Shown one piece after another: positions 12,065-25,501 of a DNA stretch of 64,000 nt (the stretch's first letter is position 1; each line of letters starts with the position of its first letter). The stretch covers positions 23,498,001 through 23,562,000 of the forward strand of contig NC_043001.1 in the NCBI RefSeq assembly GCF_006345805.1, read 5' to 3'. The notes below the pieces were generated by a model. That model was not told the origin of the DNA. It was given only the letters and a program-made list of their open reading frames with translations, and ran no database searches. Position numbers and translations under genes: made by a program. Source of the stretch: Octopus sinensis. Lineage: Eukaryota.

Positions 12065-12915
12065 ATAAAAAAAGTGTTAATATTCAGTGATAAACCTCAA
12101 TCAAATCTGACTTCTGAGTATGCTCTGATGTTGATTTACTGTTGTTTAACCGAGCTAAACTCTGATTTAGCTATGATGAAAGACATTCCTAACATTACCC
12201 TCTTGTCTTTTTGGCAGGGACCAATGGACACAGAGTCCAATGAACCCAGGGTCCACTGGACTCAGGGTCAAATCATTCAATGTGTCCTCCTCTAAAATAG
12301 TGGAGGTGGTTGTGAGGGAGATTTGGTTGGTTACTATTTCTAACAGGTTGAATTGCTCATAGATTACGTTGATGCTCCATTGTTGGCTTTGTAGAAGCTT
12401 AGTGGAGACTCCTTCATTGGTTTGTCAAAGAAAGGCCCCTGTGTTGGCTTGTAGAGTCTCTCTTTGTTGGTTAGCATGAAGTCATAAAAAAAAGCAAGAG
12501 GACCAAATATCTTTCCTGAGCAACAGAGTCATAAGGCTGGTTCCTCGGATTCTGCATTTACCAACTGAGTGGACTGGAGCAATGTGAAATGAACTGTTTT
12601 GCTGAAGAACACAACAAAATGTTTGGTCCAAGAATTGAAACCTCAATTTTATAATCAGGAGTGCAACACTCTAAAACATCTAAGCTATGTGTTTCCATGT
12701 ATGAAGTAATTTGAAGTGTTATCGTGTGTAAGTGTTTGTTGAAGCAGTAACCCTTTTATTTTGAATAGCTAATTTTTTTGCATCCTTGATATACATTATC
12801 GTGCACTGAAGGTAGCTTCTCAAAAATTATTTAGCTTTTTGAAATTTATTGTTCTTATAAGTATTCCAATCTTTTGAAATTTTTAAGAATTTATTTCTAA
12901 TAATTATTTTTACAG

Positions 12916-13172
12916 GTTATGAAGACACTGGTTTCTTTTATCTCCAGTATAAACTTACTGAAGCTATAATAACTTATCTCAATGCTTCTGGTAAAGATTT
13001 TTTCAATCGAACTACAGTGGAACTGAATCGGCAACCATTTCCACCCTACAACAATGATCCTATGGTTTTGGTCTTACAGAACCAATTTCCTTTTATTCTC
13101 ATCCTTAGCTTTTTGCTTTGTGCCATTCACATTGTGAAAGATGTTGTCCAGGAAAAAGAGCTTAGACTAAAG
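12916..13172 (+). CDS. ABCA3-like: ABCA exon 2 (SYEDTGFFYLQ...QPFPPYNNDP...IVKDVVQEKELRLK)
   Basis: tttacag/GTAAGT boundaries; 257 bp, phase 1 to 0; ABCA motifs P.PPY..D and EKE.RLK. Missed by the ORF track. Confidence 0.95.
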
Positions 13173-14018
13173 GTAAGTTAAATCAATAACTCAAAAGTTT
13201 GGATAATAACTAACTATGATATATATTACCATGGAAAAGGCAGCATGCTGGCAGAGTCTGTACCACATTGGACAACATCACTTCTTTATACATTCTGAGT
13301 TCACATGTTGCTGAGGTTGAATTTGGCTTTTATCCTTTCAGGGTGAATGAAATAAACATTAGTCAAGAACTGGGATCAATATAATCAACTCCCTCTCCCC
13401 TCAAGACTGCTGTCCTTATGCCACAATTGGTTATGATCACCATGGTGATAGAACTGGTATATTGAATGTTTGTTTTGCTGATTTCTGAAGCCATCCATGC
13501 ACAGTTGTAATTAGCTTCTATTGATTATAGTTGTAATTAAATCTCTGTTAATTGTATTGGCCATTGTAATTATGCTGGTGATATGATTTATACTACACGC
13601 AGCAACATATGTAAAATTCTGAAAGGAAAACATTTTTAACTTAGTAAACTCTGAAGAATAAAAGTAAAACAAAATAAAATAATCAAACTTAAATACAATA
13701 AATATTTAGTTTTCTTTTCAGCTTTTTAGTTGAAACTAACAATTTGTAGAAATTTATCTTTGTAACATCATCATCATCATTTTAATGTCCACTTCTCCAT
13801 GCATGCATTGGTCAGACAGAATGGTTGGATACTCATTCTATCTATCACCAACCCTCATGTGTCCAGGCAAGATAATATTTCCCTATAACCAGACATGTTT
13901 TAGAGAAGATTCGAAGCAAAGGGCAGTCCATGCATGGTTGCAACGCTTGCTTACAACTATCATGCAATGTCAAGGCAAGGAGAAAGTAACATACACTCAT
14001 GTTTACATACCCAACCCC

Positions 14019-14054
<36 letters not shown>

Positions 14055-14460
14055 ATATATTCTTTTACTTGTTTCAGTCATTTAACTGCAGCCATTCTGG
14101 GGCACTGCCTTCAGTCGATCAAATCGGCCCCAGGACTTATTCTTTGTATGCCTAGTACTTATTCTTTCAGTCTCTTTTGTTGAACCACTAAGTTATATAT
14201 ATATATAAATATATATAATGGGCTTCTTTCAGTTTCCATCTTCTAAATCCACTCACAAGGCTTTGATTGGGCTGGGGCTATAGTAGAAGACACTTGTCCA
14301 AGGTGTCACACAGTGGGACTGAACCCTGAAACCATGTGGTTGAGAAGCAAATTTCTTACCATACAGTCATAGCATTAATTAACTAATAGGCTTTGATTTC
14401 ATATCTTTAATGAATAACAAATGTATTTCTTATATTAATACAAGGAAACTTGTAGGCATA

Positions 14461-15362
14461 GGAGTTACTGTGTGGTAAATAGCTTGCTTACAAACCACAT
14501 GGTTCCGGGTTCAGTCCCACTGCGTGGTACCTTGGGCAAGTCTCTTCTACTATAGCCTCGGCCCGACCAAAGCCTTCTGAGTGGATTTGGTAGACGGAAA
14601 CTGAAAGAAGCCCGTCGTATATGTATATATATGTGTATGTGTATGTATGTTTGTGTATCTGTGTTTGTTCCCCCAACATGGCTTGACAACCGATGCTGGT
14701 GTGTTTACGTTCCCGCAACTTAACAGTTCAGCAAAACGGACCGATAGAATAAGGCAATCTTTCGTCTCTAGTAGACCTTTCCGTCGATTTCTGTAAAAAA
14801 CTTTTGAAGTAATGAGATACATACACACACACACATACATGCATACATACAACACATACACCGAGTAAAAAATTTCAGTTATCTCTCTCTTTCACACATT
14901 ACTCTCTCTGTCTCTTCACACACACTAACAGAAACACTTCACTTACACAACATACTTTTTGTCTCCCACACCCCATTAAACACACACATGTACATCAAAG
15001 CTTCGGTAACTTCAAAAGAACTTCCCTCGTCATACAATCGCTTTCTCTTAGTCTCTTTCGCTCTCATTACTTCAAAAGTTCCCGCAAGCCCATATGTAAA
15101 AAAAAAAATTTTTTTACGGAAATCGACGGAAAGGTCTACTAGAGACGAAAGGTTGCCCATAAATTAAGTTCCAACAATAGAAATGAAGCATAAAAGCAAT
15201 TTTTTTACGGAAATCGACGGAAAGGTCTACTAGAGACGAAAGATCGCCATGGAATAAATACTAGGCTTACAAAGAATAAGTCCTGGGTTCGATTTGCTCG
15301 ACTAAAGGCGGTGCTCCAGCATGGCCACAGTCAAATGACTGAAACAAGTAAAAGAGTGAAGA
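14461..15362 (+). mobile_element. tRNA-derived SINE family 2 (about 400-450 bp, internal (TA)n), here split by MITE copy C (approx.)
   Basis: GGAGTGGCTGTGTGG head and GGTTCAGTCCC box B; CCTTGGGCAAG core; GAAACAAGTAAAAGAG tail. Other copies approx. at 14061-14370(-), 21814-22290(+), 28395-28775(-), 36583-36953(+), 38049-38412(+), 44205-44590(-), 44925-45308(+), 62012-62410(+) and 63398-63836(-). Confidence 0.82.
14753..15248. mobile_element. Long-TIR MITE, copy C (inverted derivative of copy A with an extra terminus)
   Basis: Termini GGCAATCTTTCG / CGAAAGATCGCC; 9-bp TSD ATAGAATAA / ATGGAATAA (1 mismatch); the SINE 2 sequence resumes across it. Confidence 0.85.
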
Positions 15363-15774
15363 GTAAACTAATTTCTAAGGGTTGGGTTTACTTGATCAAA
15401 TCAGTACATGATTGTTATTTGTTATCAACCGTTGCAAAATAAAAATGCAAAGTCAACTTCAGTAACGTTTTTACTCAGCACACAACCAAACAAAACTAAA
15501 TTCTGAAAAAAACTTAATCTTGAACTTCAGCACATGTATCCCACCCCTACCACTTTATTTATAAAAAGCTATAATAGTGAAGAGAGAAAAACTAATGTAT
15601 CTTTATTTTCGGTGTTATGGCTACTACAAATTTTACCTTCTGATATATTTGTTTACTAAATTAGCTGTCGCACAGAAAATAATAGATGTACATGTCATAC
15701 ATTTGATGTCTCCGGTATTGGGTTTTTGTTATTTAGTTCTGCTCTGATAATTGCATGCATGCACACATACACTT

Positions 15775-15836
15775 GCTTATACAAACACACAGACACGCAC
15801 ACACGCACACAGACACACACACAGAGACACACACAT

Positions 15837-15867
<31 letters not shown>

Positions 15868-15997
15868 CAGACACATACACACACACAGACACACACACAC
15901 ACACTCTTTTTTCTCTCTCTCTCTCTCTTGAATCACACACACACTCTGACACACAGTTTCACACACACTCTCTCACACACTCTCCCTCACACTCTTC

Positions 15998-16032
<35 letters not shown>

Positions 16033-16351
16033 TCTCACATACACTCGCACACTCTCTCCCTCATACACATACTCTCTTCATCACCCACTCGCTATCCCTC
16101 CTCACACACACTCTCTCACATACACTCTCACACACTCACATTTTCTCTCCCTCACACACACGTACACTCTTTCCCTCATGCACACACACACTCTCTCTCA
16201 CTCTTTCTCTCTCAAACATGCTCTCAGTTTCTCTCTCACATTCTCTTTCTCAGTCTCTCTCTTTCACACATTCTCTTTCTCTCACTCATTTTCTCAAACA
16301 CTTTCCCATACACCCACTCATTCACACATTCTCCCATATGCTCACATATCC

Positions 16352-16391
<40 letters not shown>

Positions 16392-16428
16392 GTACTCTCT
16401 CCCACATTCTCTCTTCTCTCTCTCTCTC

Positions 16429-16462
<34 letters not shown>
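15775..16462. repeat. Compound (CA)n/(CT)n low-complexity tract (approx.)
   Basis: Read directly; explains the His/Thr/Ser/Leu-rich ORFs. Confidence 0.95.
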
Positions 16463-16463
<1 letters not shown>

Positions 16464-17751
16464 GGAAGTCTATAGCAAGTATGTTGCGAGTGAAAGAACC
16501 TGTTTAATCGGGAATGGAGAAAAGGAGAAATCAAAGTCTTCAGTGTGAGTATGTGGTTTGTGGGGTTAACCGCGTCCTCCGCTTAATTTTTTGTTAATCA
16601 CTCATTCTCATTTAATTGGATATATTTTAATTGTTTGTTTATTCATACGTTTCGTCTCATTCGATACCCTGACCCCCAACGTTTGTTTTGTCCCCTCTTT
16701 TTCTCAACCTTATGGTGAATAAAGAAATACACTCTCTCTCTCTCTCTCTCTCTCACTCTCTCTCTCTCTCTCTCTTTCACATACATTGCTGACGAAGAGG
16801 CAGTAGGGTTGTAAATAACCAAATGAAAAAGATACTTTACTCTCATCTTTCTCAAAAAAGTTACCATAGGAAGGTTATAATTCACTGCTGTAAGTAGTTG
16901 GGTTTGAAATTAACGAGCCAATGTCATCATCATCATCATCATCATCATCATTGTTTAACGTCTGCTTTCCATGCTGGCATGAGTTGGACGGTTTGACTGA
17001 GGACTGGCAAACCAGGATGCTGCACCAAGCTCCAATCTTGATTTTGCAAGGTTTCTACAGCTGAATGCCCTTCCTAATGCCAACCACTCTGAGAGTGTAG
17101 TGGGTGCTTTTTACATGCCACCAGCATGGGAGCCAGTCAGGTGGCACTGGCATCGACCGCATTCAGATGGTGCTTTTTACGTGCCACCGGCACAGGAGCC
17201 AGTCCAGCAACACTGGCATCAACCACGCACAAGTGATGCTTTTTATGTACCACAGGCATGGATGCCAGTCAGGCAGTATTGGCATAGGCCATGACAATGA
17301 TTGCACTTGACTCAACAGGTCTTCTCAAGCACAGCATATTGCCCAACGATTGAAGGATACTCTTAAGTGGGCCAGTTATGTGACACTGACATAGGCCATG
17401 GCTACGATCTCACTTGGCTTGCCGGGTCTTCTCAAGCACAGCATATCTCCAAAGATCTCATAGAAGTAAAGCAATGTCGAAGGATTGGTGAAGTATTTAG
17501 GTTAAATAGGATACATAAGGGATAGAGATCCTTCTTGAGTTATATAGACTCAGAACCAGTTTCGTAGTTTCCATGGAGCATACATTCCCCCCTGGATGGG
17601 ATGCTGGTCCATTGCAGGATTACTCATTTTTGCTAGCTGAGTGCTGTAGACTTTAGAAGAATAGGATCAAGAATGGAACAATATGGTTGGAAAACAAACT
17701 TCTTAAGTACCCCTGCCATGTAATAAGTAAAATATGATAGGTTAGGTTTTG

Positions 17752-18887
17752 TTGGGTTGACAAGAAAGTAATTTCGGATTTTTAGTGTGAAATAAGTCAT
17801 TTTTTTTCACACAAAGCAAGATCTTTAATCAGTTATATATTTTCCATTTTGTTCAATGATCTTTTGCCATCTTTCTGGCAAAGTCATGATTCCATGCTCA
17901 TAGGACTTCTGGTCCTTACCAGTCAAAAATTGCAGTGCGATTTCAGGTTATCATCATTATTGAAAGTTTTACCATTCAAAGAATTTTGAAAACTTCGAAA
18001 TAAATGTTTATCTGATGGTACAAGATCAGGGCTATATGGTGGATGTGAAATCGCTTCCCAACCAAGCTCCAAAAATTTTTACAAATTAGCAAAAACATGT
18101 GTAGTCTAGTGTTGTCATGGTAGAACACTATTCCTTTACTATTTGCCAATTCTGGGTGTTTTTCTTTGATTGCTTCTTCCAGTTTCATTAGTTGTTGACA
18201 TTAAACATCTGAATTGACCATTTAGTTCCTAGGAAGCAGCTCAAAATACACAACACCTTTGTAATCCCACCAAATTGACAGCATGACCTTTTTTTATGTC
18301 ATTCAGCTTTCGATGTGGTTTGTGCTGGTTCATTATGCTTGGACCATAATCGTTTTCAATAGATGTTATTGTAGGCAATCCATTTCTCATCACCAGTGAT
18401 GATTCATTTCAAAAAAAGGTCAGTTTCATTGTGTTCGAGATGCCTATCCCAAATATTGGTTCGTTGTGTTTCAATTTATGTGGAACCCAAATATTGAGCT
18501 TCTTAATGAGTCCAAGACATTTTAAGTGATTTTCAATTGTTGTATGTGATACATTTAACTTCTCTACAATCTCTCACACAGTTATATGACAATCAGATTC
18601 AATTATGACTTTGATTCAGTCAACAAGTTCAGTAGGTCAACCAGAATGTTGGTCGTCGTTGAGTGAAAAATCTCCAGAACAGAATTTTTCAAACTATTTT
18701 TGACATGTGCATTCTGTTAAGCAATCAACACCTAATCTTCAAAATTACATGCAATTTGCTTCTAAAGTAAGCTAAAAATTACAGCTATCAAATGTCAAAA
18801 GGAAAAAAATCATAACATTCACTAAAGTCATTCAAAAAAATTGTAACTCTATTTGCAAAAAACGAAATTACTTTCTTGCCAACCCAA
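17752..18887 (-). mobile_element. Near full-length degenerate mariner transposon
   Basis: TIRs TTGGGTTG(A/G)CAAGAAAGTAATTTCG, TA at the right end; minus strand gives IVFYHDNTR and, after a frameshift, HPPYSPDL.PSD. Confidence 0.88.
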
Positions 18888-19238
18888 TATTATAGCAATA
18901 GCTTTGTGTGAAGGCGTGTGGCTTAGAGGTTAGGGTATTTCACTCACAATTGTAAGATTATGAGTTCAATTTCTGGCAGCATGTTGTGTCCTTGAGCAAG
19001 ACGCTTTATTTCACATTGCTCCAGTCTACTATGCTAGCAAAAATGAGTAGTACCTGTATTTCAAAGGATGAGTCTTAGCATATTTTGTGTCACACTGAAT
19101 CTCCCTGAGAACTATGTTAAGGGAATGCATGTCTGTGGTGTGCTCAGCCACTTGCACATTAATTTCATGAACAGGCTGTTCTGTTGATTGGATCAACCGG
19201 AACCCTTGTCATCATAACCAAAAGAGTGCCAGTTAAAG

Positions 19239-19509
19239 CAGTGGTTCCCAAACTTTTTCAGGCTGCCACTCCCTTGGTTCTAAGGCCACATTCCTAGTGC
19301 CTCCCCACCATTCCCCATCACAGACAGACCATTTTCTGCAGCAAATTCAAAACAACAGTATTTCACAAATAAAATTTAAACCTAATTAACCCTTTATTTT
19401 GTTTGTTTTTTTTTTTACATCCATTGCCCCATTTTGGTCACCCCATTATCACCCCATTTTTCTTCAACGTTCCCCTGGATCTTTCCACTGCCCACTTTGG
19501 GAACCACTG
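19239..19509. mobile_element. hAT (Charlie-like) MITE
   Basis: TIRs CAGTGGTTCCCAAA / TTTGGGAACCACTG; degenerate 8-bp TSD AGTTAAAG / ATCTAAAG. Confidence 0.8.
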
Positions 19510-19740
19510 ATCTAAAGCTATATAGCTTTGAACATCTGACTTAAATAGTTATAACACTGTAATGTCTGCTTTTACCTATTCTGCTACATGACCCCTTTAT
19601 TTAGTTCTCAAATACTTCATTTATTGTATAGTTGCACATTTTCCTTTAACTTTTTAAACCTGAAGTTTTATTTAAGTAAACATATTTTTCTCAAAGGCTG
19701 CTTTTAAAGAACTATCCTTATTTTCCTTTTCTTTTGACAG

Positions 19741-19978
19741 GAAGCCATGAAAATGATGGGATTAGACAATTGGATCATATGGCTGGGCTGGTTCATAAAA
19801 TATTTCATATTTATACTTATATCAATTTCCATAATGACGTTGTTTCTGTGCCTTAAAGTCGGAGATAAAGGAAGTGTGGTGGGGTATACAAATCCAGCAA
19901 TACTTTTTCTCTTTTTTTTCACATATGCCTTAGCAACCATCGCATTTTGCTTTTTTCTCAGCACGTTGTTTTCAAAAG
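19741..19978 (+). CDS. ABCA3-like: ABCA exon 3 (EAMKMMGL...TMD1 helices...FFLSTLFSK)
   Basis: Long pyrimidine tract plus cag, GTAAGT donor; completes the ABCA KE.MKMMGL motif; 238 bp, phase 0 to 1. Confidence 0.96.
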
Positions 19979-21972
19979 GTAAGTTTATTTTTTTATATAA
20001 TAGGTTATATCTGTGCCATCCATCATGCTCCTAATTTCTCTAATCATCAGCACCTCTTTGACCTCAACTCCTTCTGTATTGGGGAGATTTTTCTTATTTC
20101 AACCCTCTTGAAAGTTATCAGTGCCAGTGACTTCAGTATTAACAACTCCCCTTAGCTCTCTATCATTACCAATGTCGCCTTACTGGCACCTGTGCCGGTG
20201 GCATGTGTAAAAAGATTCGAGCGAGGTCATTTCCAGTACCGCCTGACTGGCACCCGTGCCGGTGGCATGTAAAAAGCACCCACTACACTCTCGGAGTGGT
20301 TGGCGTTAGGAAGGGCATCCAGCTGTAGAAACTCTGCCAGATCAAGATTGGGGCCTGTTGCAGCCATCTGGTTCACTAGCCCTCAGTCAAAATCGTCCAA
20401 CTCATGCTAGCATGGAAAGTGGACGTTAAACGATGATGATGATGTTAATAAATTTTATTTAAAATATCATCCTTTGAATAAAGTTATTCATGTTGTTATC
20501 ATCATCATCATTGTTATTATCATCATCTGTGGGTTGGACAGTTTGATACGAACTGGCTTTTCCGAAGACTGTGCTAAGCTTTGCTGTCTGTTTTGGCATA
20601 GTTTCTATGGCTAGATGTCCTTCCTAGCATCAGCGACTTTAGAGTGTACCCACTACACTCACGGAGTGGTTGGTGTTAGGAAGGGCATCCAGCCGTAGAA
20701 ACACTGCCAGATCTGACTAGGCCTGATGAAGCCTTCCGGCTTCACAGACCCCAGTTGAACCGTCCAACCCATGCTAGCATGGAAAGCAGACGCTAAATGA
20801 TGATGATGATGATGGGTACTTTTTCTGTGGCACTAGCAACAAATGACTTGCAAGACAAGGCTGCTTAACTGAAGTAATATTGAGGAATGTGACTTTGAGG
20901 AGAAGTTAGAGTATGAATAGAGGGACAGAAATAGGTGTTTTGCAATAGAGGAGATAAATGGTTAATTCAGCTGGTGAGAGAACTGAGAGATAAAATGATA
21001 AAGATATGACACCCAAGTTACAGGATAAAGATGTGTACACCCATGTTACAGGAAGATACATATAGTGAAGGGAACCAGGGAATAGATTGGGTGTGGGAGG
21101 GGTGTAAGTTTGTGAGATTGTGAAAGGAGAGTGGGAGATGAAGGGGAGGCAAGGAATGGGGAGTGGACACAGGTAGAGGGAGGGGGAGTTGGGAAGATAT
21201 GTTGTGGGGAAGAAATTTGATGGGAAGTGGAGAAGATGGAGGAGAGGGAGCTGCAGAGAGTGGTGGATTTGGGTGAGGGAGGGGGCAGTATTAGAAAGTT
21301 GAGACATAGGGGAAAGGTTTGTCAGGGACAGATTGTGTATATGGGCCTGGACATAAAGGTTATGACTTTATGGCATTGATTTTACTTAGCTGTGGAGGAG
21401 TGGCTCTTCTCAAATGAAAAATACGCCACTGATAGTTGTTGTTGACAAACAACGGCAGTAATTTTATTCAGCTGAATACACGTCATTGATTGGTTGAAAT
21501 TACCGAAATACGACAACTTTAATGTGAAATAACTTCCTAAATATAAGCTTTTCTCAAAAACGCTAAGAGTAAAAGATGTTTTATATGACACATTCTACCA
21601 GTGTCCCAAGTTTGAAAGAGTTTAATTACAAAAAATTCTTTTTTAAATCTGTCGTTCAAAAGGTAAAACTAGTTTCTAGGTATTGAATGGTTATGGGGCC
21701 CACCAGAATAAAATATTAATCAAAGCAGTGCATAGATAAAAAATGGTTGATAACCCCTGTAGACCTATTGTACTAATTATGTCTGCACCTATTGTACTAA
21801 TTATTACAATACAGGAGTGGCTGTGTGGTAAGTAGCTTGCTTACGAACCACATGGTTCCGGGTTCAGTCCCACTGCATGGCACCTTGGGCAAGTGTCTTC
21901 TACTATAGCCTCGGGCCGACCAAAGCCTTGTGAGTGGATTTGGTAGACGGAACTGAAAAGAAGCGCGTCATA

Positions 21973-22038
<66 letters not shown>

Positions 22039-22479
22039 GTATATATATAATATAATATATATATATATATGTGTGTTTGTGTGTCTGTGTTTGTCCCCCT
22101 AGCATTGCTTGACAACCGATGCTGGTGTGTTTATGTCCCCCGTTACTTAGCGGTTCGGCAAAAGAGAACGATAGAATAAGTACTGGGCTTACAAAAAGGA
22201 TAAGTCCCGGGGTCGAGTTGCTCGATTAAAGGCGGTGCTCCAGCATGGCCGCAGTCAAATGACTTGAAACAAGTAAAAGAGTAAAAAGAGAGTACACAGA
22301 GAAATGTTATATTAAATCATTTTATAGAAAACTTCAATGTGCTTTATACAGGTTGTCCATTCAAAACTCCATATTTTTTGCTTTACATCATGTAAATTAA
22401 TTTGTGTTTCAGTTATGGTATCTAACAGTAATTTTTTTTACATAATGAAGAAAGCCGTTTTTTATTTTTCGTTTTTCAG

Positions 22480-22653
22480 CCAACAGTGGAGCCGTTGCTG
22501 GTGGTGCTCTGTTCTTTCTTTCTTACATTCCATATTCATTCCTTGGCACTAGATATGGCACTCTAAGTTGGGGTACTAAAATTGGGAGTTGTTTGGTATC
22601 AAACATTGCACTAGCTTTTGGTGGCCAAGTTCTTGGAATATTTGAAGGTCAAG
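22480..22653 (+). CDS. ABCA3-like: ABCA exon 4 (ANSGAVAGGALFFLSYIPY...FEGQG)
   Basis: tttttcag/GTAAAA; 174 bp, phase 1 to 1; open in the joined frame. Confidence 0.94.
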
Positions 22654-22738
22654 GTAAAATATATTTACATATTTATTTATTAGACATATATGTGATTTTC
22701 CTGATTACTGTACATTGAATGTACATGTGTGTGTGTGT

Positions 22739-23305
22739 TTCTTCTTCTTCTTCTTCTTCTTCTTGTTCTTCTTCTTCTTCTTCTTCTTCTTCTTCTCTTC
22801 TTTCTCTTCTCTTCTTCTTCTTATTCTTCTTCTTCTTCTTCTTCTTCTTGCTGTCTTTCTTCTTCTTCTCTCTCTTCTTCTTCTTCTTCTCTTCTTCTTT
22901 CTTCTTCTTCTTCTTCTTTCTTCTTCTGTTCTTCTTCTGTTGCTTTCTTCTTCCTTCTTCTTCTCTCCTCTTCTTCTTCTCTTCTTCTTCTTCTTCTTCT
23001 TCTTCTTTCCTTCTCTTCTTCTTCTTCTTCTTCTTCTCTTCTTCTTCTTCTTCTTCTTCGTCTCTCTTCTTCTTCTTCTTCTTCTTCTTCTTCTTCTTTC
23101 TTCTTCTTCTTCTTTCTTCTTCTTCTCTCTTTCTTCTTCTCTTCTTCTTCTTTCTTCGTTCTTCTTCTTCTTCGTCTTCTTCTTCTTCTTCTTCTCTCTT
23201 CTTCTTCTGTCTTCTTCTTCTTCTTCTTCATCTTCTTCTTCTCTTTCTTTCTCTTCTTTCTGCTTTTCTTCTCTCTTTCTTCTTCTTCTTCTTCTTCTTC
23301 TTCTT
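22739..23305. repeat. Imperfect (CTT)n polypyrimidine tract, about 570 bp
   Basis: Read directly; explains the poly-F/S/L and poly-E/K/R ORFs in the track. Confidence 0.97.
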
Positions 23306-24074
23306 GCACGGGCACAAAAGCTACGTTGTTATCCTCATTCCATAAATGGTGGCTTTTAACGGGTGGAGGGCTGGACCATCCTGGGAAAAAAAGATTTCGC
23401 AATCTAGACTAGGGTCTGAAAGTTTACCACATCGTAGTGGGTTACACCATGGTTCCTCTGCTTTGTGGCAGAAGTAGGAAGAAAGAGTGAGAGAAAGTTG
23501 TGGTGAAAGAGTACAGCGGGGTCGCCCCCCCATCACCCCCCACCCCACCGCTGTAGCCTCGTGGAGCTTAGTAGTTCCCAAGGGCTAATGGTCTTGAATT
23601 CCTGTTATAGCCTGGAGGACAATGATGAAAAAGAGGGCACTGTACACCAAATTCTTCACTGTACATGTAGTTAACTCTCACCTTCCTCACAGTATCTCTG
23701 TACATGGCCTATGCAACTTTAGGTGTTTTTGCTGGATAAACACTCACAATGCCCGTTCTGGGAATCGAAACTACCTTCTTATGACCGCGAGTCCGCTGCT
23801 TTAACTACTGGGCCATTGTGCCTCCACGTGGTTGTTGTTGTCGGTGATGGTGGTGTTTCTGTGCATATTGTTGTCGCCAGTATTGAGAACAACAATATGC
23901 AGACAAGCTGTGCTATTTGTCTTGAGGCAATGCCAACAATATCGGAGACAACCAAAAGAGATAGTAACCAGAGAAATGACAGGATAGAAAATAATACAAC
24001 TTCTATAATGGCATTAACCCTATATATATATATAATATATATATATATATATGTATAGTTATATATATATTATG

Positions 24075-24120
<46 letters not shown>

Positions 24121-24186
24121 ATATATATATATAATATATGTATATGTATATATATATATATAGTTAATAATATACTATATATATAT

Positions 24187-24247
<61 letters not shown>

Positions 24248-24919
24248 AGAATATATATATGATATATATATATATATATATAATGTATATATAATATCAT
24301 CATCATCGTTAGCGTTCGCTTTCCATGCTAGCATGGGTTAGACAGTTCAACTGGGGTCTGGGAAGCCAGAAGGCTGCACCAGACCCAGTCTGATCTGGCA
24401 ATGTTTCTACGGCTGGATGCCCTTCCTAAGCCAACCACTCTGTGAGTGTAGTGGGTGCTTTTTACATGCCACAGGCACAGGTGCCAGACGAGGCTGGCAA
24501 ACGGCCACAATTGGATGGTGCTTTTTACGTTCCACCGGCATGGGGGCCAGGCGAGGTTGGCAATGGCCACGAACGGATGGTGCTTTTTATGTGCCACCAG
24601 CACGGGGGCCAGGCGAGGCTGGCAATGGCCACGAATGGATGGTGCTTTTTACGTGCCACCGGCACGAGGCCAGTCGGGGCGGCGCTGGCAACGGCCACGT
24701 TCAGATGGTTCTCTTATGTGCCACCGGCACTGGTATCACAGCTGCAATTTCCATTGATGTTGATCGATTTCGATTCTCACTTGCCTCAACAGGTCTTCAC
24801 AAGTAGAGTTTTGTGTCCCAAGAAGGAAAGGTATGCATAAGTGGACTGGCTACATCCCGTGTAGAGGCCACAGGTTATGGTCTCACTTGTCCTGCCGGGT
24901 CTTCTCATGCACAGCATAC

Positions 24920-24985
<66 letters not shown>

Positions 24986-25084
24986 TGTGTGTGCATGTTT
25001 TTTACTTGGCACCAGCACAGGAATCTTGCAGGCCAATCCTCTTTGCCAAGGGGAGTGGGCTTAACACTTCTGCTGTGGAGAATA

Positions 25085-25320
25085 GGTCTCCTTGAGTACA
25101 ACAAGGTTCCAGGCATCTTGGTACTTTGTCATCTTGTCTGTAAGGTTCAGTGTCCTGAGTTTGTCCTGCAGTACCTTGTTCTATGTCTTCCAGGGTCTCC
25201 CCATGAGTTCCATCGATTTTGAGAGATTGGCACTTCTTTATGGAGCTGTCATTATCCATCCACATCACATGACCCAACCAGCACAATCTTCTCTCTTGCA
25301 CACTGCATGTAATTCCTCTT
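25085..25320 (-). mobile_element. RTE LINE C-terminal fragment (approx.)
   Basis: ORF 25002..25301 reads QERRLCWLGHVMWMD...IKKC, the RRL.W.GHV.RM motif of RTE elements. Confidence 0.7.
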
Positions 25321-25405
25321 ATATTTAACTTCTCTCTCAGTAGTGGTTAAGAGTGCAGGCTACTAACCCCAAGATTCCAAGTTCAATTCCAGGCAGTGCC
25401 TTGAA

Positions 25406-25436
<31 letters not shown>

Positions 25437-25501
25437 TAACAACAACATCAAAAAATACCTTAGAAATGAGAACCCAGGGTTGGGTTCAAAATTCCACCAG
25501 G

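Noticed and set aside
16640-16830. Hammerhead half-motifs (GAAACGTA on -, CTGACGAAG on +)
   Set aside because: The two halves are on opposite strands and neither has its partner in register. At most this is a decayed Penelope-type end.
22715-23412. Long ORFs (193-227 aa) in several frames
   Set aside because: Translations of (CTT)n. The same applies to the ORFs at 10480-11073, 15726-16548 and 46082-46642, which are microsatellite or low-complexity sequence.
24440-24735. CRISPR-like pattern of about 28-bp palindromic repeats with about 34-bp spacers
   Set aside because: The spacers are homologous to each other, the array lies inside a dispersed LINE 3' UTR with a (GAT)n tail, the context is a eukaryotic intron, and no cas genes are present.
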